DNA from: Callorhinchus milii
Taxonomy: Eukaryota
Direction of reading: 5' to 3'
Assembly (NCBI RefSeq): GCF_018977255.1
Contig: NW_024705525.1
Coordinates: 1 to 36,914 of the forward strand
Length of the DNA: 36,914 bases
Shown: positions 1 through 10,254 of the stretch, piece by piece
Numbering within the stretch: the stretch's first letter is position 1
Layout: each line of letters opens with the position of its first letter
Position numbers and translations under genes: made by a program
The notes under the pieces: generated by a model
Databases searched by the model: none
What the model saw: the letters and a program-made list of their open reading frames with translations, nothing else
What the model was told of the DNA's origin: nothing

Positions 1-868
1 CCTGTGTCACTCGTTACCTGGTTGCCATGGCAATGGCTGATCTGCTGGTGGTTATCAGTGATGTGATATTAACTCGGATTAATTATCTGTATTTTCCTGT
101 TGGATTCCTGGATTTGACTCCTGTATGTGCGATCGGGACCTTTCTGATTGCTACAGCTTCTGACAGCTCTGTTTGGTTAACAGTCGCTTTCACCTTTGAC
201 CGTTTTGTAATTATTTGCTGTGAGAAACTGAAACGACAATATTGCACCCAGAGAACTGCAGCCTTGGTTATAGGGATTGTGTGTGTACTGAGCTGCCTGA
301 GCGACATTCCCTGGTACTTTGCGTATGAACCTTTCTTTGTAATAAAAAATGTTCCGTGGTTCTGTAAACTAAAAGATAGCTTTCACACAAGTTCTGTTTG
401 GGCAGCGTTTAATTGGATAGACATCATTCTAATCCCATTGATTCCATATTTGCTGATCTTGATCTTCAATTTTCTCACCATCAGACAAATTATTGTGGCC
501 AACAGTATCCGCAGATGTCTTCTCAGCCACAACCACAATGTCGATAACAATGACACGGAGACAGAGAACAGGAAAAAATGTATTGTTTTGCTCTTCACTA
601 TATCGGGCAGTTTCATGTTACTTTGGATCACCTATGTTGGATATGTGATATATGGGCAGTAGCAGGCTATACTTACACAGGTTTTAATGACGTAATGTAT
701 ATTCTATATCATGCGGCAAGAATGCTTCAGCTTTTAAGCTGTGCTACAAACACATTTATTTATGCTGTGACACAAACAAAATTCAGGCAAGAAGTGAGGA
801 AAATGGTGGCATATGTTTTGAAGCCGATGCTGAAACTGATTAAATCGAGTAATGTATACTCAGTGTAG
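1..868 (+). pseudogene. GPR139/GPR142-like class A GPCR, exon 2 (5' part outside window), one frameshift near 655-660; pseudogene or sequencing indel
   Basis: Reads CVTRYLVAMAMADLL...SVWLTVAFTFDRF...KYC-like QYCT...IPWY...PWFC...NRKKCIVLLFTISGSFMLLWITYV to TAG at 662. The TM7/helix-8 part (MLQLLSCATNTFIYAVTQTKFRQEV) continues in another frame to 868. Collinear with the intact paralogue at 23401-24302. Confidence 0.9.
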
Positions 869-929
869 TAGTGTGGCTCATCCTTCACCACTGTCTCTTG
901 TGGGGCTTGCTAAACTGCACATATCCTTA

Positions 930-1130
930 GATAATAATAATCTTTGCGTTTGGTTTTGTGCCTTTTCACGTTATTGAGGTACTTCGAAGTGTTTTACAGA
1001 ATATCTTGCAGAGTGAATACACTGTGTGATTTGGGGGAGAAATCAGGCAGACAATTGAGCGCAACAGCAATCCACGCACCGTCGTGGAATGAATGAATAA
1101 TTTTTTTGGAATGATTGTTAACCCCAGAAT
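930..1130 (-). mobile_element. Degenerate SINE with L2-type tail (Deu-domain-like)
   Basis: (ATA)n tail followed by a decayed version of the L2 tail and ggcagacaattgagcgcaacagcaatccac, resembling the reverse of the SINE core at 34030-34190. Confidence 0.4.
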
Positions 1131-1147
1131 GAAGTCTGCCTTTCACC

Positions 1148-1640
1148 AGTTTTTGGCTCCACTCCTCGGAAAGGATATATTTGCTCTGGAGTAGGTGCAG
1201 CGTAGATTCACAAGAATGATACCAGTGTTTAAAGCATTAAATAATTAGGATACTTGCATCAACTCGTTCACTTTTCCCTCAAGTTCGGAATGTTGTCGTA
1301 TCATCTGATTGGGACTTTTAAAATAGCAAAGCGATTCGATAGCGTAGTCCTGGAGAAACTATTTCCTTTGCTCGTGAAATCAAAACAAGAGGCGGAAATC
1401 TTAAATTAAAGCTAAGCCATTTTGGAGTAAAATCAGGAGCAACTTTTCACCCAGATGTTAGTGGATGCTGGATCCATTCGTATTTTCAGAACAGAGCTCG
1501 CTAGATATTTGGAAGTTCATATTATCAAAGGATATAGGACAAGTGCGGGTCATTGGAGTTGAGCTGCAGATCATCCATGATCTTATAGATTGGCGGAAAA
1601 CTCTCGAGGGGCTGAATGATTTCCTTCTGTTTCTACGCAG
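1148..1640 (+). mobile_element. CR1 LINE 3' fragment
   Basis: Decayed CR1 ORF2 C-terminus (FxAPxxxKDIFALE*VQRRFTRMIP...FFTQ) and a CR1-like 3' end (ggggctgaatga...cttctgtttcta). Confidence 0.8.
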
Positions 1641-1699
1641 CACATACAGCCACTGAACCCAGCCTGCAGCCAATGAATATCAGCCACAGCCAAAAATAA

Positions 1700-2650
1700 C
1701 CTGTCACAACCACTGAACACATGCACAGACACAAACTGCCACGAACACCATAACCAACAAACACAAAGATATAGAGATGCTCACTGATAATGCCAAAATA
1801 TACAGAGGTATCATCGTTAATATGGACACACACAGCAAAAGGCACACTCAGGCACAGACTTACAAACGCACACAAATGCACAAACTACACAGACTCTCTT
1901 TCACACACACAGAGAAACACACAGAACACGCTCACACAGACAAACTCGGAAGCAGACACAAATCTGTAGATACATACAGTAATTGATAAAAATACACAGA
2001 AACACACACACACAAGCAACAGACAAACACAGAAACACACACATAGACACACACACAAACACAGAAATACACTCAGAAACTTACACAGGTCTGGACAAAC
2101 AAAAACAAACACATGCACACACAAATACACACACTGTTAATACCAAACAATGTAGATGTGCTCACTGATAATATCAAACTATAGAGAGGTGTCATTGATA
2201 AAATCAGAAGTCATTTAAATGCCACTGTTAATATCAAATTATACAGAGCGGTTAGTATCAGTATGTAGGTAACAAACAGACAAAATTCAACACAGAAGCA
2301 CATACATACACACGCATCAAGAAAAACACACACGGACACGCACACAAAAACACACAAAACATACGCAAAGTCACACCCATGCACTCACATGCATACACGC
2401 ACATACACACCCACATTCACACAGATACGAAACAGACATGCAAATTGACACGCACACACACACATACTAACATACATGCTATCATACATGCATGCATGCA
2501 GACACACATACAGCCATACAAACATACATACATACAAACATACATACATACACAAACTGACAGAGATTCACACGCACATACACACATACAAGGCACACTC
2601 AAACACACACACATATACATGCATACACACACGGACACATATACACATAA
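1700..2650. repeat. CA/CACA/CATA-rich low-complexity tract with embedded ~30-bp minisatellite units
   Basis: Visible (CA)n and (CATA)n runs; units such as cactgataatatcaaactatagagaggtgt at ~1782 and 2131-2255. Confidence 0.85.
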
Positions 2651-2654
2651 AAGC

Positions 2655-2940
2655 AACTGCCCTCATGTCAGCTACGCAGAGCTCAACTCCCCTCATCGCA
2701 GCTCCACTCAGTTCAGCTCCCCTCACATCACCTGCACTCCGCTCAGCTCCACTCAGTTCAGATGCCCTCAGCTCAGCTGCCCTCATCTCAGCTGCACTCC
2801 ACTCAGCTCCACTCATTTCAGAACACCTCAGCTCAGCTGCCCTCATCTCAACTCAGCTTCCTGCATGTCAGTTAAGATCCACTCTTCTCATATACCATCA
2901 GATAAGCTCCCCTCAGCTCAGCTCCCCTCAGCTCAGCTGG
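2655..2940. repeat. Pentamer-based (CTCAG/CAGCT) tandem repeat with 20-bp higher-order unit
   Basis: Repeated cagctcagctgccctcatct and ctccactcagttca units. Confidence 0.9.
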
Positions 2941-3854
2941 CCTATTTATTTAGTCGTCTTTGTCCAGTCCCTCTATTCCCTAAATGATTTAGATTGCCCT
3001 CCTCTGTATCCAACAGCCGAGCTCATCATCCCATCTGCCGCAAGCGATAGATATTCTTACTACATTTTCTCTGTTATTTTACACCCAGTGACAAATATTC
3101 TATACATGTTAGATTTTGCTACAAGGATAGACAGCTGGACGCTTGCGAGCTGAAGCTCTCATTGACGGGTTTTGACGTTTTTACTGGGTTATCTACAGCC
3201 GGCTTAATCAAGCAACTTACTTTGACTATTTTGTCTCTGGATTTGTAACAGGTTAGCTCTGTCTTCAGAAAAATGGCAATCAAACATTAGGCAACATTCA
3301 ATCAGACATTCACTAACTGGCTCTCATCACTGACTCTATGCTTGTGTGTCTCCATTGCATATATTCCAATACTTTATTATCTTTCCTACCAGGAAATATG
3401 AACACTGTGCTGCAGTTCCTATCTAACCAATAACATGCATATGTATGCCTTGTCAGCTAACTTTGGTATTCTATGATTCTACCTATAGAACGCAGAACAC
3501 TGTCACAAAGATATTTCGCCATCCAGTAATGGAAGGATATACCGGCTGCCCTATTCAGTTACACAGATAAAGCCAACTCTCATATGACTTTACTCCTCTG
3601 CAACCCACAAGGAACTTCCAGTCAAAAATGTAACCTTCCCTCGTCTTTTCTGCTCAAATTATTTATCTTATATTTTGCCTCACTAAATTTCAACTTTTTA
3701 TTATCTACCCGTTATGCTAATAAAGTGAAGTCCTGCTGCATGTGTACGTTGTTATAACATCTACTCCTTAAGATTGTGAGATGGACATATGCAGGTTCCG
3801 CCTGTTGTCTCAATTGAAACGGAACTCTATCCTGTAGTGACTGACATATAGTAG

Positions 3855-4454
3855 ATTGTCTGTCAACTCCTATTGTTCCTGATGGCAACAACAACGTCAA
3901 CTTCAGTCTGGTTCACTGTGACTTTCACACTTGTTCAATGTTTTGCTATTTGTGGCCAGCAACTGAAAACAACATACTGTGCCGAAAAATTACTGCTTGT
4001 ACAGCGATAGCGGTATTGTACGTGTTTTTCTTCGTGGAAAACATTCCCTGATAACAACGCCCTGACTGTCGGGCACATACTTGTTGTCCGTCGGGCCCGC
4101 AGTTGATTGTTGGGACACAGTAATGCGGACAGGAATAGAGGAGCGAGTGACAGTGATCCAGAGATGAAGGACAGAAGAAAATCCATCGTTTTATTCTTTC
4201 CTGTTTCCTCCAGTTTTATATTATTGTGAATGACACAAATTATATTTGCCTGACACTGGATAATTTCTAAATCAGATTACCCCACAGACCCAGATTAGCC
4301 TTTGTGCATTTTCCACGATGGTATGTTCATGCGGCAGCTTTGGAGACCTTGCACAGACACATGTATTTATGCAGTTACTCAGACTGAATTCAGAGTGGAG
4401 CTGAAGAAAGCGGTAACAGTTCCATTAATTATAATCCTTAGATTATTTCATTAA
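3855..4454 (+). pseudogene. GPR139-like GPCR pseudogene (TM3-TM7) with stops, a frameshift and a ~150-nt internal deletion
   Basis: Manual translation: IVCQLLLFLMATTTSTSVWFTVTFTLVQCFAICGQQLKTTYCAEK / TACTAIAVLYVFFFVENIP** [deletion] NALTVGHILVVRRARS*LLGHSN...DPEMKDRRKSIVLFFPVSSSFILL*MTQ...CTDTCIYAVTQTEFRVELKKAV. Confidence 0.9.
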
Positions 4455-4499
4455 AAACGTTCCAGGGCTGCCGATTTCCTGCTGTGTGCATAAACGGAA

Positions 4500-5120
4500 A
4501 CACTGTATACTTCGATGTCTACACACACGCCCAAGTGAGGAATAAAGGTAGCGTAATTCTCCCTGAAAGTTGTTTGTCCACTCTAAGAGGTGAGGTTTAA
4601 ACACAGAGTAAAGCTCCCTCACTCTGCATTGTTTGCCCAGACTCCCAAGTCAGGTGCATAGTCAGCGTACAGCTCCTTCCACACTGTTGGCCATAGATCC
4701 ATAGTCTGGGTTACAGATAAAATAATACTCTCTCTACATTATCTGTCCAGACTTCGAGGTCGGGGCTAAAGAAATAATACACCTAGTTCTGAAGTGTGCA
4801 TACAAATTCGTAGGTCAGGTTTACAGACACAGAATAGCTCCCTCTGCACTCTTTGCCCAGAATCCCACGTCAAACACAGTAAAGCTCCCTCTAAACTGTG
4901 AGCCGCGGTCACAACTTAGGGAAAAATACTCATTATATCGCCCAATAAACCCCATCGAAACTCCCACGGCAAGTTTGGAGACAGCATAAAGCTGCCGCTA
5001 CATATTGCGCTCACGCACCTTGGCGAGAGATTGGGAACAGTAAAACACCTCTGCACTGTGCATCCGCGCTCCCAGATTAGCGTTAGAGACTCAGTAAAGC
5101 TCGAACTGCAACGCCCTGTG
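4500..5120 (+). repeat. Degenerate ~55-bp minisatellite, about 10-11 copies
   Basis: Recurring core cagagtaaagctccctct(a/g)cactgt at ~4605, 4665, 4830, 4875, 4985, 5040 and 5092, separated by cagactcccaagtcaggtt-like halves. Confidence 0.75.
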
Positions 5121-5299
5121 TATTTCGTTCCTTTTAGAAGCAAAGGGCAATTCAGAAAAAAAGTTCACAAGGAGATTACAGGAAGTAAATCGGACACTCA
5201 AAATGGGACAAGTGTTGTGAAAGTTACCGTTTTGGAATGTTTTAATTATTTTTTAAAGAAATTTACAACCGCACCAGTAATTTTGTTTGCGAATCATTA

Positions 5300-5510
5300 C
5301 AATGTGTATGCGTGTGTTTTGTTCTTTCTGCTACTTGTGTGTGTGTGGTTGTGGGAGTCAGTACGATGGTTGTTACACTGCCAAATGTTCGTTTGTGTGG
5401 GATGTTGCGTGTATGTCGGAGCATCAGTGTTCCTCTGTGAATGTGCTTGTGTGTGTGCGAGTGAATCGCAGAGCCTTGGAGGGCACGCTCTGTGTGTGCA
5501 TCGGTGCGTT
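5300..5510. repeat. TG-rich low-complexity tract
   Basis: Decayed (TG)n sequence. Confidence 0.7.
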
Positions 5511-5639
5511 TTTCAGAGAGTCGGGGAAATGGCACTCATTGTGATAATTGTGCCGAGGACGTCCCACGACGCTGGACATAACATGTTTCGTACCCGAGCT
5601 GAGGATCGAGGAGTGTAGAGTGTGGGGTGGGGGAAAACA

Positions 5640-6140
5640 GGGAGATCGAAATTATTGTCGAATAGGAGGGTCTTTAGATGGTTCATGAAGGATGCAAGGT
5701 AGGAGGCGAGGCGTGGACTGCATCATGGTTATTCAGCGGGTGGGGCAAAATGGCAAAAGGCCCGGCAATAGTGGGCCGAGCATGGGGGGTTACGGAAGTA
5801 CGCCGGTGCCCGCTAAGCGGAAGAAGCGAACAGGATGTTAGGGTATGAGGAAGACGCAGTGGTAGTGGGAAGCAAGGACAAGGAGGGCTTTGAGGGTGAT
5901 GACCAATATCTTGATCTGTATCCTCTGTGTAATGGGAAGCCGGTAAAGACGTGCAAGGATGTGGGTGATTAGGTCCCACAGCCTTGTTCGGGAGATACAC
6001 GGGCGACAGATTTCTGTATGATCTGCAGCCTGTGGAGGGAAGAGTTGAGAATATCGACAAGTAAAGTGTTTGCGAAGGGAAGCCTCGATGCAATGAAAAT
6101 ATGTGGGAACAACAATGCGGTTAGACTAAAAGATGGTTTT
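5640..6140 (-). mobile_element. Old L2 LINE 3' fragment
   Basis: FIASRLPFANTLLVDILNSSLHRLQIIQKSVARV matches FVTSRLDYGNSLLAGLPATSLHKLQVIQNSAVRV of the L2 at 14068-17700. Confidence 0.8.
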
Positions 6141-6489
6141 TTTAAATAGAAAGGTGTAAAGACTAGAAAAGCATCTTCAGCAAAAGTGTGTACAGTTCGA
6201 CAACCAAATATGGTGGGATTGGAGAAGCCAAACAATACATAATTATCTGAGCAAAGCCACATTATTACATTGACTGTAGTGAAGTCTAAACAAAACAATT
6301 TTTACAATAATCTTATTCAACCTTAAACAGTGCTGTTATCGTGAATCCAACAAATTCGCTTCTCCAATCGCAAGTTTGTGTTCAACCAACGGTGATCGAA
6401 GGGAGACCACCAGAATGTTATCTGTCGCCTACACAAACCTGTCGCTTACGTTATATGTTTAAGTATCCTCATTTTAGACATAATGCTCA

Positions 6490-6775
6490 TTTACAGGTAT
6501 TCAAGCTCTCCACCTTATCCCTCAGAATTGCCGGACCACTGGGCAAACTTGCCGTCAAATGCGACGCACAGTTGTCCTTCCACACACAAGCACCGTCCCT
6601 GACAACGACAATGTCCTTCCATCTCTATCACATTTCCAGCCTCCGACCACACCTTATGACTGTCACAGCCGAAATTCTCAACCATGTGTTCATCACCTCC
6701 AGACTGGACAACTCATTTGCCGGACTCTCCAGCTCCACCAGGCACAGGAGCTCACTGATCCAAAACTCCGCCACC
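6490..6775 (+). mobile_element. L2 LINE ORF2 internal fragment
   Basis: KLAVKCDAQLSFHTQ...FHLYHISSLRPHL...AEILNHVFITSRLDNSFAGLSSST...LIQNSA is homologous to the L2 ORF2 C-terminal region. Confidence 0.8.
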
Positions 6776-6781
6776 AGTGCC

Positions 6782-7275
6782 ATAGCGAATCCCTTGCTCA
6801 TACTGCTTGAGGAGCTTACCAGTGTGAAAGCCTAAGACAAACGGCAGCAGCTCACTGACATCCAGAAGGTTAACCTACCTGTCTGTGTCCTGGGATCTGA
6901 GGGCTTCATACCAGCGCGACACTACTGGAAGTTTGACTGAAATGTGCTGGTGACCAGGAAGTCCGTCAATAAGAAAGGCGACTTCGCACTGACACAGTAG
7001 AATGAAGACGGGATTGCGTGGCAGGCAAACGGCTATGAACATAGAGCTCTGAACTCCCTTTGTACCCGCCTGCGCCTGAGAGGTAGACCCGGGAAGCTGG
7101 AAGTTTAGCTGGACTAAGAGGAGGGAAGAGTTGTAATTTTGCAACGCTGATAACACGTCTCAACTCCTGAATTTTACCAACACATTCACTGCGTAATTTC
7201 ATTATTTCTTCTATTGTGGTTTGAATGACAGCGGGAAAAGCTGAGCCGCTGAGAATCTACCCACTGACAGATTAA
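6782..7275 (+). pseudogene. Decayed B30.2 (PRY-SPRY) terminal exon of TRIM/A33-like type
   Basis: IANPLLILLEELTSVKA*DKRQQLTD...VCVLGSEGFIPARHYWKFD*..VTRKSVNKKG...EHRALNSLCTRLRLRGRPGKLEV*LD*EEGRV / FCNADNTSQLLNFTNTFTA*FHYFF...GK/AEPLRI. This follows the B30.2 consensus (TANPxLxLSED, CVLGSEGFTSGRHYWEV, IGVYLDYEGGxVSFYNA, FTxTFTEKL, PLxIC). Confidence 0.88.
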
Positions 7276-7521
7276 TGGGGAGCAAATGCGCAAATCATCA
7301 ATTGTGTTTCACTGTGTTTCCCACCTGACTGAGAAAAGAAAATAATGTAGGAATATAGTTGGCGAAAAAAAAAACAAGGTCCATCTAGCTCGCCTTCCTT
7401 CATCCTGGCAGTCGCTTGAAATGTCGTGCCCCAAGCTACAAGCTATATACTTGCATGTCTCTTTCTCTGTCTGTGTGTGAGTTTCTGTGTTTGTGTGTGT
7501 TTGAATGTGTCTCTCTGTGTG

Positions 7522-7805
7522 CCTGCCATCGACAGCCGCGCTGTTAGCCTCTCTGCACCCATTAATTGGAGTTCCATCCCACAATCCCTTCGCTTTGCTC
7601 CCTCTGTGGCCTCCTTCAAGTCAAGGCTCCAATCCTCCTTTTTGGCCATGAATTCGCTACACTCCTAGCCCCACTGGCCTCCCTTATCCAAACCTTGCCC
7701 GCTACCCACGGGTCCTGATCCAAGATTGTTCAGAACCTTGGGATCTCCTTCCGATTTGAAAGGCGTCTTACAAAGATAAATTTGTTGTTGTTTTTTATGT
7801 TGTTT
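7522..7805 (+). mobile_element. L2 LINE 3' end
   Basis: PAIDSRAVSLSAPINWSSIPQSLRFAPSVASFKSRLQS, then ccttggga...tgaaaggcg stem and (TTG)n tail. Confidence 0.8.
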
Positions 7806-7899
7806 GTGTGTTCATAGGCGTGTACGTATCTGTGTGGAAGTGCCTGTGTATGTGTCTCTCTGTCTGTGTCCGTGTCCGTGTCCGTGTGTGTGTGTGTGT

Positions 7900-9100
7900 G
7901 TGTGTGTTCTGTGTTTCTATATACTTATTTTACAATATTATGTACTATGACTTTTATCATCACGATACATGATTTGTTCCTGGATTCCTGCCTACGAAAA
8001 CTTCTAATTAAATTGGACACTCACTTCACTGGTGTTTAAGTGACATTGTGATCCGTAAATTGACTGCCGCATTCACCTACACAATACAAATTTTCTGCAT
8101 TGCAACCGCATTCGCCATATATCGTCCAGCAATCTGCCTCCAGAAGCGAATGAGTTTCTGCGCCCACAGACCATTTCTGACATCCCACCTTCCGCTCCCT
8201 CTCTGGACAACGTCGTCCTGAGGCAGCAGCGGGAGCCGGTGGCTGGAAGCATGTAATGCTGAGGGTGGAAATAATACCGGCCATTGCTGCAGTGTGTCGG
8301 GAAGAAAGCATTTCTCTGATCCTTAGCCAATGACAACTCCTCCCGCTGCAGATAGTGATTGCCTCGCGGCTGATAACATGCAATATCACACTGGACCATT
8401 GCTAATAACAATATTTTTACATTTGATAAAGACTTTACTTGAATTACCGATTTTTTGAACAGCTGGATAACGAAAGAGGACACATGAATGTGTTATTTTC
8501 AAATTAGGAGAAGGTTTGTTTATTGGTTGGTTGGGTAATTCAATAAATAATATTCGACAGAACAGAAATTGTGTGTACTTCAGCTACTCATACAAGTATT
8601 TTACAGATTGAAATTCCGTTGTTCGTTTCTCGCATAATTTGCCACAACTCTCGAAGCCGCTTTCAATGACTGATTATTACCAACCACAAGAAAACACCTG
8701 ATTTTCTTCCCTTTAAAATTCATCACAGTCCGATCAATGATTGAATTCTTATATATTAGGATGAATCACCATCCTCATCTCACCCAGTGTCCATCCATCA
8801 ACTGACTATCTAATGCTCCTTCCCCCCGATCCGCATCTCTCTCTCCCCCCCCCACCCCCCCCCCCCCTCTCTCTCTATCTCTCTCTCACCCTCTTGCTAC
8901 ATTTCTAACATTCTTAAGAACATAGGATTTGGCCGTTAATTGAGTCGTCTTCTACACTTTCTTCTTATTTGAACAATCTATTAAATTGGCATTTCTTCCT
9001 CCCCTGATCTGTTGATTATTTTGTGCTTGAAAACAGCTGAACTTGTGAGAACTCAGTTTCAAAGAAATGTATATATTATTTGAGGGAGGTGAAAGCAGGC
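7900..9100 (-). repeat. GPCR 3'-flank duplicated cassette, copy 1
   Basis: 8430-9060 aligns by eye to 13431-14067 (same strand) and to the reverse complement of 24912-25575. 7900-8390 aligns to the reverse complement of 26340-26810. Confidence 0.8.
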
Positions 9101-9602
9101 TTTTTAACCAATCGAACCTGTGTCGTTTTTTATTTGGACCCAAAGAGCGTTGAACCTAATGTCTCCGATGCCCATAATTGTGTCATTTTTGATTCAGCAT
9201 CTACAGCTTTCAGTGGAACAGAACTCATATCATAAAAACCGACGATTGTGACCAGATTTCTCCCTGTGCACTCAGCGTTTCTTCAAATGTCAAAGTTAAG
9301 CCGCGAAAGTCACCATATTAATGCTATGGTTGGACACTGTCCAGCGCTGGTACAACTTTCAAAGGTTTGGTGTCCAAAGTTGAAAGAATCGCCCTTTATA
9401 GCAGGGAGGAAATTCTCCACTGTTTCACCATTATTCGTCAAGTCAACGCTTTTACAATATATATTTGAAACACTTTAGCAAGGCTTGACGACCTTGTAAT
9501 GTTCTATAACAATTAAAGCGATCATTATTATTTCTCCAGGCCACTTGAAATAAAGGCCAACAGCTCACCAGCTGTATTAACATGTGCATCGTTCTGAATG
9601 CT

Positions 9603-10253
9603 TTATAATTCCGTGTATTTAACGGGTTTAAAGATAAAAATAAACGTGTATGTCCACACGTAATTCACTTCCTCCCTGAACCTAGATTGAGTAACAGTGT
9701 AAATGACGGTGTTGGTGCAGCAACTCAAAGGTTTAAGCATCTCTGACATTTCTAGGAATATGAACACTGGGTCTCTGTAATCGGTGTTGAAAAAGCTGTC
9801 TAAGGTTCGAAAAATTATGAATTCTAAAACGTACATCAGCCACAACAGGATGAAACTGCCTGATATGGCGAAGAGTAAAATCATGGACCTTCTTCGGTTC
9901 TCCATCTCTTCATTTTTGCCGCTTTCCCTTTTCTGATTGAGAAGTTTTCTGCGGATTGTATTAGCCAATAAAATCTGTCTGACGGTCACCAGGTTCATCA
10001 GCAAAATCAGAAAGAATGGAACAAAGGGGTTAATTATTGCGTCCAACCAGTAAAACACAATCCAAGTGGCAGAGGTCTAGTAAACCGCTTTGGCCTCGCA
10101 AATCCAAGGCAATTTTTTCCAGTATCTTAAAGGGCTCATACACAAAATACCAGGGAATGCTATTGACACAGCTTAGAACCACGGCTGCTGTCGTTTCGGT
10201 GTAATATCTTATTTTCAGTTTCACGCAACAGAAGGCGGCCAGGCGATCACAAA
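9603..10253 (-). pseudogene. GPR139-like GPCR pseudogene, 5'-truncated at the DR motif and joined to an L2
   Basis: DRLAAFCCVKLKIRYYTETTAAVV[deletion]LSCVNSIPWYFVYEPF, frameshift at the T6 run (10113-10118), LPWICEAKAVY* (stop 10077-10079), then an open TM5-TM7: FYWLDAIINPFVPFFLILLMNLVTVRQI...NRRRSMILLFAISGSFILLW...LSCCTNTVIYTVTQSRFREE. Confidence 0.92.
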
Positions 10254-10254
10254 G

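Noticed and set aside
3040..3095. Possible decayed exon 1 of the second GPCR (DRYSYYIFSVILHP then gtgaca)
   Set aside because: Position fits, but there is no IGVP motif, ATG or clean donor; cannot be distinguished from chance.
1633..3153. Long His/Thr-rich, Cys/Val-rich and Ser/Leu-rich ORFs
   Set aside because: Translations of CA/TG microsatellite and CTCAG repeat; no domain features.
3380..3720. Possible very old minus-strand CR1 fragment
   Set aside because: Only faint motif similarity; not supportable by eye.
4500..5120. CRISPR-like repeat-spacer appearance
   Set aside because: Eukaryotic context, the inter-core segments are related to each other, the cores are degenerate and there are no cas genes; it is a minisatellite.
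5031..5618. 195-aa ORF with a hydrophobic stretch
   Set aside because: Derived from minisatellite plus TG-rich low complexity.
8036..8483. Minus-strand ORFs of 117 and 136 aa
   Set aside because: The paralogous segment at 26340-26730 has indels that do not preserve frame; treated as non-coding.
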